A stretch of 60,380 bases of DNA, counting the filler, from Sanchytrium tribonematis (Eukaryota), in the NCBI GenBank assembly GCA_018985235.1. It is 6 parts of 6 records of this genome, joined end to end, with 100 filler letters (N's around TTAATTAATTAA, not from the genome) between each part and the next. Parts side by side here need not be neighbours in the genome. Positions count along the whole stretch, not along the records: positions 50,451 to 60,380 come from JADGIG010000316.1; 5 more parts are not named here. One strand, written 5' to 3'. This document shows positions 50,351-60,380 of this stretch, piece after piece; the first letter of the stretch is position 1, and each line of letters starts with the position of its first letter. A program made the position numbers and the translations under genes. The notes beneath the pieces are model-generated. The model made no database searches, had not been told where the DNA came from, and saw only the letters and a list, made by a program, of their open reading frames with translations.

Positions 50351-50450
50351 NNNNNNNNNNNNNNNNNNNNNNNNNNNNNNNNNNNNNNNNNNNNTTAATT
50401 AATTAANNNNNNNNNNNNNNNNNNNNNNNNNNNNNNNNNNNNNNNNNNNN
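50351..50450. other. Artificial contig linker
   Basis: N44-TTAATTAATTAA-N44. Confidence 0.99.
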
Positions 50451-50452
50451 GA

Positions 50453-50629
50453 TGGATTCTGGACAACAAATGTTCGACCAGGTCTGATTGGAGATTATCT
50501 ATCAGCATCTTGGATACTTTATGGGGTGGGATTTTGATGACTACCACAATTTATTTGACTGACATGGTAGATATTTGGAGAAATAAATATTTGAGCTTTT
50601 ACCCTTCATGCTATCCAACAATTCATTAG
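50453..50629 (+). CDS. C-terminal fragment of a DUF2177-like membrane protein (gene or pseudogene)
   Basis: Translates ..SDWRLSISILDTLWGGILMTTTIYL..; W.L.I.I.DTLWGG is the DUF2177-type motif. Confidence 0.5.
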   Translation, partial: WILDNKCSTRSDWRLSISILDTLWGGILMTTTIYLTDMVDIWRNKYLSFYPSCYPTIH

Positions 50630-50683
50630 AGAAACAATGACAAAACATTTGGACTCTTTCCCATGCTTTTAAAAAATCCCATT

Positions 50684-50764
50684 CCCAATTAATAATAAAT
50701 ACTCAGGTCATCAACTTTTGCCATGATCTCCAATATTCTTGGAAAGTAAAACTTGATTCCAATG
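50684..50764 (+). repeat. Dispersed repeat, copy A (matches 59051-59161)
   Basis: Shared blocks aattaata.taaatactcaggtcat, atctccaatatt, tggaaagt..aacttgatt.caatg. Confidence 0.8.
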
Positions 50765-51157
50765 CTGCACAATCTATAATTGATAAGATTCCATTACTTA
50801 ATTTTTTTAGTAGTAATCTCTTCAATTCTTGCAAATTTCATTTTATGTCCAAGTGGTATATTTTACGAGATTATTTTCCTTAAAATTTTAGAATAATTTG
50901 CGCAATTCAACATTTATAGTGACAATCTAAATGTCATCTTTACAAATATGCAAAAGTTTAATATTTTTTATAATTAATCTGTTTGTAAAACCGAGGTCAA
51001 ATTAGCAGGCTCCGATACCATACGTGTAGTTGCGTCCATTTCCTGTCGTGTACAAACTCAAAACCTCTTGCAAACATTTCAAATTTGGACTCATTTTTGT
51101 TTTTCTTGTATCTGGTGAATGATGAGTAATATGGAGCAATTTCCGCTTTTAAGTGGC

Positions 51158-51199
51158 TGTCAACAATATGGAAAATGCAGCACCAGATGATGCTTTGAC
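51158..51199 (+). repeat. Start of 5' LTR
   Basis: tgtcaacaatatggaaaatgcagcac.agatga.g.tttgac repeated at 54827-54868 (3 C/T differences in 42 nt); begins TG. Confidence 0.75.
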
Positions 51200-54100
51200 C
51201 CAACAAACAGGAACTGAAACAAACCCACACCAACTACCACCCCCTATCAACTTAAGGTACCGTCCAAAACACCAATGAGCTGTTAGTCCAGCTAGTCACG
51301 CGGTTAAGGGCATACTAGGTACCAGAGCATCTGCTGGATTCCGAATTGAGCCGAATCAGTAAGGCACTTTTGGTGGAATTACAACATCCAAGCTTGTATT
51401 TGGTGGTGCAGACCCCATGGATGTAGATAAGTTCGATTATGCTGCTATTCCTAAGAATTTTGTGGAGAAAAATTTATTTACACAAGATTCTAGCAGTTCT
51501 ATGGGCATCACAAAACCTAAAAAATTTATTCAGGGTTATGAGCAAATGATTATCCATTATGGTGGTGGTGCGGAACACTTTTTAAAATTTTGGAGATCCT
51601 TAGAATTGTTTACAAGGCCATTGTAATTCCAATTTTAGGCTCATATGAAGAACGCTGGGAAGAAATGAAACAAAGACTTTTAAGGCTACCCTTAGTGTAG
51701 AGTATAAATAAATTTAGAACGCCAGTTTCAAACGCGGGTTCAGATGAAGAAAGAATCCGAAACATTTTATGCGGGGTTTGGCTTTGGGAAGAGAACTCAC
51801 TGAGATGGATGCGTTATTATGAGTATTCCCCAAATAGTTAAACGATTTGCGTTTGGAATTCGTGACAAACGCATCAGAAATAAAGTTTTAGAGAGTGAGT
51901 CAGCTGATCTAGCTGTTGCTATTAAAATTGCTCATAAAAAAGAAGAGCAAATATGTATTATTATAATCAGGTTCTGTAACCACAGGTCAAACAACAACAA
52001 TTTCGAGCAAGTAAAAAAACAGACTCACATCAAATTAAACAAATTACGCAAAACCCAAATGCAGTCCAAACTAGATTACCTGATGGATCTCTTGTAACAG
52101 GATATTGTCGTTTTTGCAAACTTCCTGGTCATTGGAAGAAAGATTGCCCAAAATTATTAGCTAAGACTGAATTGAATACAATGATTAAATCTAAGTCAGG
52201 CTATTCACTAATTTTTGTAACAGGTTATGTTGCAAATAGAGCCCATCGTATTTTAGTGGATACCGGTGCATCGACAAATTATCTATATTTGTCAGTTTTA
52301 GAGAATACAAGCGCAGCACTGTAAGATTTAAAAGAAAAGTTCACGGTCAAATTACCCAATGGATCTCAAGTCAAGATCATAGGCAAGGTGGTATTACCAG
52401 TCCGGCTTCAAGACATTGATTACAATATTGAATTTTTGATTTTGAATTCATCGAGTCAGAAAATCATTGTTGGAAACAGTTTTATGAAGCAAGTCGGTGC
52501 TATTATTGATTACAAGAAAAAGCTTATTTCATTTGAGGTGGGTGCGGTCTCATTAAAATTTGCAAATTCTGAGAAAGAATTCTCAAACATACAACAAAAC
52601 AACTTTGGCTCAAAGGCTGTTAAAGAAGAGCATTTTCCAAGTAATTGGGAATCTGAAACGGATCTTAAGATTATTACACATGATGAAGTCTATTAAGACG
52701 ACTTTGATAGAAATCAGGCTGATATAAATCCTGATTTGCCAAAAGAAGAACAAAAACAGATTTAAACAACCATATTTGTACCCTCTTCCTCAGGCACATG
52801 AAGCAGCCGCCCTTAAGCAGGTCGAAAATATGTAAGATATGGGAATATTAGTTGAGAGCGATTTTCATATCTCACATCTCATTTCGCTAGTTCCGAAGGT
52901 GAGGGCTGACAATCTCTTGACTGTCTATTACTCGGCATTTATAACAAATTATAGTCATTTAGCAAGTCCTTTGACAAGAGCAACTCGTAAAGATTATGTG
53001 CCTTTTCAGTGGACAAAGGAATTGGATACGGCTTTCAAGATCTTAAAGTCCAGTATTGCTAAGGAACTTGTCTTGGTTCAGCCACAAGTTGACATCGATC
53101 TTGAGCTTTTGTCGATGCTAGTGGGCTTGCTGCTGGTTTTATTTTAATGCAAAACGGCCATGTGATCGAGTTTGGTTCTAAAAAATATAATGAGTTAGAA
53201 CAAAAATATAAATCTTTGCTTTGGCTGTACTGCTTGGCCTCGAACATTACAAATACTATTTGCTAGGTCGACACGTGACTGTGTACTCAGATATGACCAG
53301 CCTTAGATGGTTGTTTTCGAACACTCAAATTGGTCGACTTGGTCGTTGGTGTTTACGCATGGCAATATTTGATTTTAGCATCACCAAAAATCCTGCCGAT
53401 ATCTTTAGTAGAAATTTTACTCTTGATTCACATTTGGGGGAGGGAACACAGCATTTGGTCAGTACAATTGTTACCCGATCCGCAATGTCCTCGAATTTAA
53501 CAGAAAACACCGGTTCAAATCCTGGTCCTAACTCAAATTTAGTTAGAGATTTATCAATTATTCTCCAATCGTATGGGACTTTACCTAGAATCAATGGCAA
53601 GATTGCGTTAAATGATCAGCAATTTCAATTATTATTTAACCAGATCCATACACTGGTTGGCCATAGTCGTGTAATAAAGCAGTTTCTTTTGAAATCATTC
53701 TTTGTACCAAATCTACGGAAGGAAGTTCAAAAAAATTTGAGCCAATGTGATATTTGCAGAAAGGCACGACAGCCACAATTGCCTAAAAATGTGGAATTAA
53801 TGATATTCCCGTCTTGTTCCATAGTTGGGGAGCAAATTTTCCCGGATTTAAAGGTGATGCCTAGAGAATTTACGGTCGATGAATATAAGGTCATCTTGGT
53901 CATTGTTCACCAACATAGCCGTTATACATGGCTTAAGGTGCTTGAGTCATTTACGGCTTCTGAATTAGTCAGAGTATTTGATGAATGGTTGCAATCCAGT
54001 ACCATCTGGATTCAAGAGTTACGGTTTGATGCAGGAACAAATTTTGTAAGTAAAGTCTTCACAGAATGGTTGCATAGAAAGGGTGCGCAACGGATAGAAC

Positions 54101-54816
54101 CGGTGCCCAGATCACATCAGACAATCGGATTAGTGGAACGACAGATACAAGAAGTGAACAGATATTTCAGACGCCATCCACATTATCTTAATATATGGTG
54201 GACAAGAGTACATATTATTGCACAAATTTTGAATTTGACGCCACGTAAATCTTTAAATTGGAATTCTCCACTAGAAGTTTTACAGACGTCACTCGATAAC
54301 TCACTCAACGTGATTGAAATTGTGGACACTAACACAATTTTAGGAAGTTTTATATCTTAGATGAGACATCAGAATTTGGAATTGACAAAATCGAGGTCTT
54401 TGAGTAATTTAGTTATGAATATGTTTGGTGTTGGTTCCTTTGTTAATTTGTTGGATTATATCAAGGCTGAAAATAAGCATACTAGCTTATTGCGATGAAA
54501 TGTATGTTGTTTTGCAAGTTACACCAGATAGTAGCTGAGTCTTATTAGGAAAGATAAATTTTGAAAATGGTCAAATTGTGGAGTCGCATACAGTGACATA
54601 CAAAGAATTATAGCCGTTACCAACGATCTCAGGTAAAGCAGATAACTCAAAATGCGTCAGTTCGGCCAATTAATATTTTAGGATTAATGGCTTTACAACA
54701 ATGTGAGATGAGGGATAGTTTTAAGTCAATAGGAGCCAATCAATCAAATCTACAGAAAAAGATATTAAAGATGATTGAAACTGCTAATCAGATTAGCAAC
54801 ATATCAGAAAGCCGCA

Positions 54817-54868
54817 TTTTGGGGAGTGTCAACAATATGGAAAATGCAGCACTAGATGACGTTTTGAC
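54817..54868 (+). repeat. Polypurine tract and start of 3' LTR
   Basis: TTTTGGGGAG immediately before TGTCAAC.. at 54827, downstream of the integrase. Confidence 0.75.
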
Positions 54869-57800
54869 AACAATCGAGAGAATGTTCGAAATGAATAATT
54901 TATTGACCAATGAGAACGCGACAAAATGGTAAATAAAGGGTAGCGATGTCAATAAATAGTTTACTGTCTAAAGTCTTCCAGCCAGTCTTGATTCTAACAG
55001 TGGCATTTATGGTAGTTGATTGCAATGTGAGCAATATTAGAAAATAAATCTGCCTAGGGAGTATTCAGGGTCATCTATTTCCTTGCGAGAAGCGACCCAT
55101 CTGACAAACACGTCTGACCAATCAGCTTGCACCAAAATGTCAGCGTTGGCTATAATCTATCTTATTTCTGTATTTGTTAATTAGTTTAATGTTTACTTAG
55201 TTGTCAGTGAATACTAATTTGACTCTTCTATTACTATTATGCGCCAAAATGCATGCAATGCAGTCAATCCTGCGCTTGTGCTGTCGCTACACTTGTATTC
55301 CTGTATTGTTTTGACAATTATATATAGCTTCAAAAGATTTGTTAAGATCCAAATCATTTACCTGAGGTGCAGCCAAATTATAGCATCATCCATCGTGTGG
55401 GCTTTGGAATCTTACTCATTATCATTCTAGATTCATCATCTTCAGAAAGTAATGCTATGTCAAGACAATCTCTGGCAGATTTGACACGCTGGTCAATCTT
55501 CACTTTAAAGTCAGCTTTTCACCAATCTATATGCATCATTACTCAAATTAGCAATAATCATTATAACATACTGATTTACCAAATTCAGCACTGTAATCTG
55601 ATTTGGGAGTGGCAAAAGTGCATTTCAACATTGATTGGAAGTAGATTGTTTATTATGTGGTCAGCCACGAAATCGATGCTGCGGAACTGGTTCTTTCTAA
55701 TTTTCTGCATGGGGAAAATTTTTTGTTTTTTTTCTAATATCTTCGTTTATCACTTTAAATAAAATATCTCATATTGCTGGCAAATTAGTGATTAGATTAT
55801 CATTCACGTCGTTGGAGTCGACGCCAGGGATAAAGTATTACAGAATTGACTCATTTCTTTGTTTTTTGACTTCTCACTCGTTTGATTACGGAAATCTCGT
55901 AGTCTTGCATTCTGTAGTCTACTTTTCACATTCATTTGGACAGTAATGATGGGATTTGTACCCAAGGATTGTGATTGCGCTCTAGCAGCTTCCCTACTTT
56001 AAAGTGGCTGGTGTTGATAATCCAGTTGAACAATTTAGAAGTGGTTTGACATAGTTGATGTCGATTCTTGATTGTTTCCCCTTGTTTTGAACTCATAATA
56101 TCATTGGGTCTCAAATCCTTTGTAATACATGAGATTACATAAATTGAAGCGGATCCCCAGAAAATAACGAAGACAGAACATTAATAAACAATTTATTAAT
56201 TCTACCTCAAACACTGGTAGCTCATCTTCCTTGGGTGATGAATTTAACAACCATTTCTTGGCGGGACTTTTCTCTTTTTATAAAATACATACTTAATCTT
56301 CAGGCAAGAGACTCACATCTCAATAAATTAGCCTCTGCCTTTTCACTCGCGATTGGATAGGAAGTAAAAACAAAGGTCGAGAATGATGTTATTTACCAAA
56401 TTCGAAAGCTTAGAGATGCTTATCAATAAAGACAAAATTATAATTCCTAAATCTGTTTAATTCAAATTCTTGGCTGAATTATATACATCCAAGAGAGTCC
56501 ATAATGATCGGGATTTTTTACTCTTTGATCAATAATTTCAACTTGCTATGATTTTCACTTTCACGGATGTTCATCGATCTCTGAAGGAGGAATTTTGAGT
56601 TAATGTACGAATAATTATGACGAATGTGCGTATAGGGATCATATTATTACAATTTCAGGCATTTCTTATCCGAATTCTTGCTTTTTTGAGAGACAATTGA
56701 ATTAGTTTCAATACATAATTACATTTTTCGTTTATGCATTGTCATTAAAGAATTTAGACCCAATTTTGTTAATTTCCTTTCTGTTTCAGTGATAATTAGT
56801 TTAGATCTCGAATTGTCTAAAAGTGGGATTTGATTCAATAGTTGTAAGTTGGTCGCTTTGACATTGATGTATCGAAGAATATCAAAATGTTTGTTGAATC
56901 ATCTTCTTTGAATCTAACAAGTTGAACATCTTTGCAACTTGTCGGCGTATAACTTCACTGAACAACCACAAGTCGACAAATATTTCGTATTTTCATAACA
57001 GTCATCAATTGAAACTAACTGATGAACCGGACCTGTTGCTGTAAAGGGAAAATTGTATTTTTTTTGGGGGGAAGGAGAGAATTCTTTATAAATGGAATGT
57101 AGAATGTTCTATATGACATTCTTGTACCAGTTGCTATTTGGCATGTAACACCGATACGTTCAAACAACTTTGTATTTTTGCACAATTAAAATATTTCAAA
57201 CTTTCCCCTGATATGGACAGAATACTGCTGAAATCAAGGCATAATCTGAGACACTAATAAATCACGTCAAGTTCATCTCATCATGGTAGCGAGGATCCGT
57301 TTCGAACACGACTTCAGCAGCCAATGGAAGGTGCGAATTTTATTGAACAAGTTTTACTCCCCAACAATCTTGGTTTAATCCCTCTCTCACTCGGGTTCAG
57401 TGGTGTAGTACCTTCCCAAGACCCCCTCCTGTACAAGGCTTGGCATTACTTTTTTTCCAGAGTTTCCCTGTACAGCCTGAGTTTCGTTTTTTCTCAGCAT
57501 TTTAATTTTTCGGACAACGGCAATTGTATGAAGGGTTTTCTCTCTTAAGTACTCATCTTTCCTGCGTGTAATGAGTAGGGGGATAATATGGAGAAAATTC
57601 TGTTGTAAACAAGGGTTAATTCGAAAACCTAATATTTTTTAATCGGGCTACTATAATAGAATTGGAAAGACAAAAATCTATTAATCGAGTTGTTTCTAAT
57701 GCTATCACTTGCAGATTCAACTTTTTTGCCAAGTCAAAAATGGTCTGTTCTTAGTTTAATTGATTATCAATGGCCTTTCCAATGTCAAAAGTATTCCTAG

Positions 57801-58013
57801 CATCTCTGCATTAGCAGCAATTTTACGGCTATAATTGAGCTCACCTTTTTATTTTTGACTAGTATTTTCATGTTAAAAATAGTTTTTATGCACAAATTAC
57901 ACCTTGTTACAAGGATATTGCCCCCCCTTATTTTTAATAAAATCGATTTATCCTTTTGATTATTGATTTATTCAGGTTTTCTCTAAAGGAATCTTGCAAA
58001 TTTGACCACAATT

Positions 58014-58600
58014 TTAAAACGGTTTCAATAATATCCTCACATGTTTGGCAAAAATACCAGCAATTTTTTGTTGATCTGTCAGCATGATTAACACTCTTTG
58101 TTGGTAATTTGCGATGTTATTTTTGTTTTGAAATCGTTTTAAAGTTACATTCGAAAACGGCAATTCCAGCTTTTGTATCATCATTCTGAAGCAATACCTG
58201 TCTGTATCTTTACATAGTTTCTTGATTCTAACACCATCCGCGCCCGTAACTACTGTATGTGACTTTGCAGTAATAGGTGGAAGACCCAATTTTTGGAAAT
58301 TTCGATTTCCTCTTTCTTACTGCATCATACAGATATACTTGTCACTAATGTATCTCATTGATTCATTTTCTTCTAGCAGTGCTATAATAGCGATATGATT
58401 ATATTTGTCAACTGTTGTGACAAACCCATGTAACAACCTGTGACTAACAATGTTGTGTATCTAGCCTGTCCCATCAAGACTCTCGTTGCGTAGCTCGCAA
58501 GTTGTTCACTCAAGTTCTTCATTTTTTATCTGAAGCACATATTTGTGGTACGGTGAGTGACTGCGCCAGATGGTCACACATTTTTTTTGGGTGCAGTAAA
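58014..58600 (-). mobile_element. Tc1/mariner transposon remnant (N-terminal HTH region of the transposase, possible left TIR)
   Basis: VTGADGVRIKKL..MIQKLELPFSNVTLKRF..MLTDQQK..FAKH fits the Tc3/Tc1 HTH pattern; upstream TACTGCACCCAAAAAAAATGTGTGACCA resembles Tc1-type termini; no DDE domain seen. Confidence 0.65.
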
Positions 58601-59050
58601 TAGCAATCAAGTAAGGCTTTGCCTTGCAAAATTGCTTTATTTATTTAAAGTTCAACTTTACCAGAGATGGTCACTCATATGAACATCTATGTCGCCATTT
58701 TGAATATTTTATGATAAAATTGATTTATCCATTAACTCATCAAAGCAATGCCATTCATATGCACGAGTACATGAGAATAGGCGATCGACAACCAAAAATT
58801 GCTTCTAGTCAGTATATGGCTTGATTTGATTACCGCGAATAAAGTTCAAAAAAACCTCATCAAGTCGATCACTGTGTGCTTTTCGACGAATCACCTTATT
58901 TCTTTCACCTTTTCTATTATAGTAAAAAAAATGTTTTTAGAACACTTTTCCAGGAATTCATTGGGCCCATTGAAAACTGCTAAATCATTGGTCAGTTTTT
59001 TGAAAATATCTTTTGCAAAGAAAATAAAGTGTTTACCCATCCAATTCCTC

Positions 59051-59161
59051 CTAAATTAATATTAAATACTCAGGTCATTTACTTAAATCTCCAATATTTT
59101 CACTGTAGTAACATGTTTTCAAACCATTTTCAATAATGGAAAGTGGAACTTGATTTCAATG
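59051..59161 (+). repeat. Dispersed repeat, copy B; similarity ends at the Harbinger boundary
   Basis: See copy A; carries GTATTTAATATTAATTTAG (19 nt) on the minus strand at 59051-59069. Confidence 0.75.
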
Positions 59162-60380
59162 GGCCTGTACGGGATTCGATCCAGTATATTTTGTTTGAAG
59201 GGGAAGGATAATTGTTAATGAAGCCAGATTGAATCCTGACCGATCCGTGCGTCATGATCCGGTCATGATCCGATCACACGGATCACAAGCGGGGATCCAC
59301 ATGGTTACGCACGGATCGGAATTTACCCTCTATAAAGAGCCCATTCCCCAAAATAAAGTACATTAACAACTCAAAGTAGTATTTATTATTATCACACCCT
59401 TCAACTAAATCCAATAACCCATTCCTATTTCCATCGACCGATCCAATGTAAATAATCCAAAGGTATGAGAGTTATTCTTATGTTGTAAGTCAGAACTAAC
59501 AAATTCTGCCGCTTGAATAATTCCAATTATCCCTTTGGTGTTGTCTTTAATAGACTGATTTACATTGGATAGTTTATTGAATCCTTTAAAATTTTGTTAT
59601 TAAAGGTAATTCATATTGTAAAGCGGTCCATTGATACATATAAGGTTTTAAAAGAATACCAAGAGAATATATACGAATTGGACTTGATGATTTATTTGTA
59701 TAGAATGGGACATGGAATAGGGTATAGAATCATTTCAGGATTCTTCCGAGCACATCAATCTTTTGTTAAAGTGGTTCAAGTTTTAGTGAAATGCTACAAT
59801 CAATTTATTCACTATCCTACTGAGCGTGAAATTTCAGGGATTGTCGAGCAATTTAGTTTTAAAACTAATCGTTATGATGTTATTGGAGCTATGGATGGCA
59901 CTTTACTACGAATTGAGAGACCCAAACTTTTTTCAAATGCTTATTATTGTCGTAAAGGCTTCTTTGCTTTGCATATGCTAGCTGTATGCGATTGGAGGTA
60001 TAAATTTTGGTATGTACAAGTAGGTGATGTAGGAAACACTCATGATTCAATAGCATTTATGGGATCTAATTTATACGATGACATTTCTAACGGCAATTGT
60101 AGATTAAATTTCAATGGAATTGCCCATAAAATTCTTTGCGATAGTGCTTTTAGAAGAATGCCATTTTTAATTAAAACCAATGCTACTGACTTCCATCGAC
60201 GAAGATTTTTACATGAGTATAGAGAATTTAGCATTAAATCAGGAAGGACTTGCATTGAGTGTATTTTTGGTATTTTAACAAACAGATTCTTGTATTTTCA
60301 ATCTCGAATTCGTGAAGACACAGAAAAGATTAAATGGGTGGTTATGTCAGCATGTATTGTTCATAATTTTCTAATTGATA
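59161..60380 (+). mobile_element. PIF/Harbinger DNA transposon (left end plus DDE transposase, truncated by window end)
   Basis: Frame open 59573-60380: IGAMDGT, YYCRKGFFAL, AVCD, GNTHDS, LCDSAF, RTCIECIFGILTNRF, ACIVHNF; in-frame TAG at 59570; GC-rich left end GGGCCTGTACGGG and GATCC-rich subterminal region. Confidence 0.9.

Larger units (their letters stand above)
51158..54868 (+). mobile_element. Decayed Ty3/Gypsy LTR retrotransposon with most of the RT deleted
   Basis: Gag CCHC knuckle CRFCKLPGHWKKDC (52106-52147), protease ILVDTGAS (~52250-52273), RT thumb YYSAFITNYSHLASPLT, RNase H (VDASG..; LEHYKYYLLGR..VYSD), integrase HHCC and D-D-E (PDLK, RFDAGTNF, GLVER); order PR-RT-RH-IN; many stops and frameshifts. 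Confidence 0.93.

Noticed and set aside
10012..50450. Regularly spaced TTAATTAATTAA palindrome every ~10 kb
   Set aside because: Artificial six-frame-stop linker flanked by 44 Ns on each side
54687..54932. Env-like third ORF of the Gypsy element
   Set aside because: Only 81 aa, runs across the polypurine tract and 3' LTR start, and has no signal peptide or TM segment
55000..57950. Short ORFs and decayed coding-like stretches between the Gypsy and Tc1 remnants
   Set aside because: Multiple stops in all frames and no motif I can assign; probably old element or pseudogene debris
1..60380. tRNA, rRNA or CRISPR arrays; microsporidian or prokaryotic origin
   Set aside because: No cloverleaf, rRNA-like or repeat-spacer pattern seen by eye. 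Spliceosomal introns and histone/GARP/Brf1 genes show a eukaryote. Mitochondrial translation, glutamate synthase and TEX9 argue against canonical microsporidia.

Overview
This window is not one locus. It is six unrelated contigs of about 10 kb (1-10011, 10112-20101, 20202-30190, 30291-40273, 40374-50350, 50451-60380, in decreasing length order), joined by artificial 100-nt N44-TTAATTAATTAA-N44 linkers. The source is an AT-rich, extremely compact eukaryotic nuclear genome with fungal-type proteins. It retains mitochondrial translation and cardiolipin genes, amino-acid biosynthesis and a ciliary TEX9 homologue, so an early-diverging zoosporic fungus or close relative is inferred. Contigs 1-5 are densely packed housekeeping genes (BRF1, VPS54, SUI2, EFM4, NAMPT, GLT1, ABCB6/HMT1-like, H3, FBP1, TUF1, GCN2, ILV1, TAT, GLE2, AsnRS, CDC42, HEM2, GCN1 and others). 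Contig 6 is decayed transposon DNA (Ty3/Gypsy, Tc1/mariner, PIF/Harbinger). Main discoveries: (1) eight 19-20 nt GT-AG introns that restore conserved protein motifs, all with an invariant A at -6; (2) two ~120-nt introns folded into long hairpins that share the same 3' end; (3) a header-less Crinkler-type NTPase + PD-(D/E)xK nuclease gene between ~110-125-nt direct repeats of host sequence, a candidate mobile element; (4) an RGS-DUF4395 fusion; (5) stop codons embedded in AATAAA and miniaturised targeting peptides. Family assignments are from motif recognition by eye, not from database searches.
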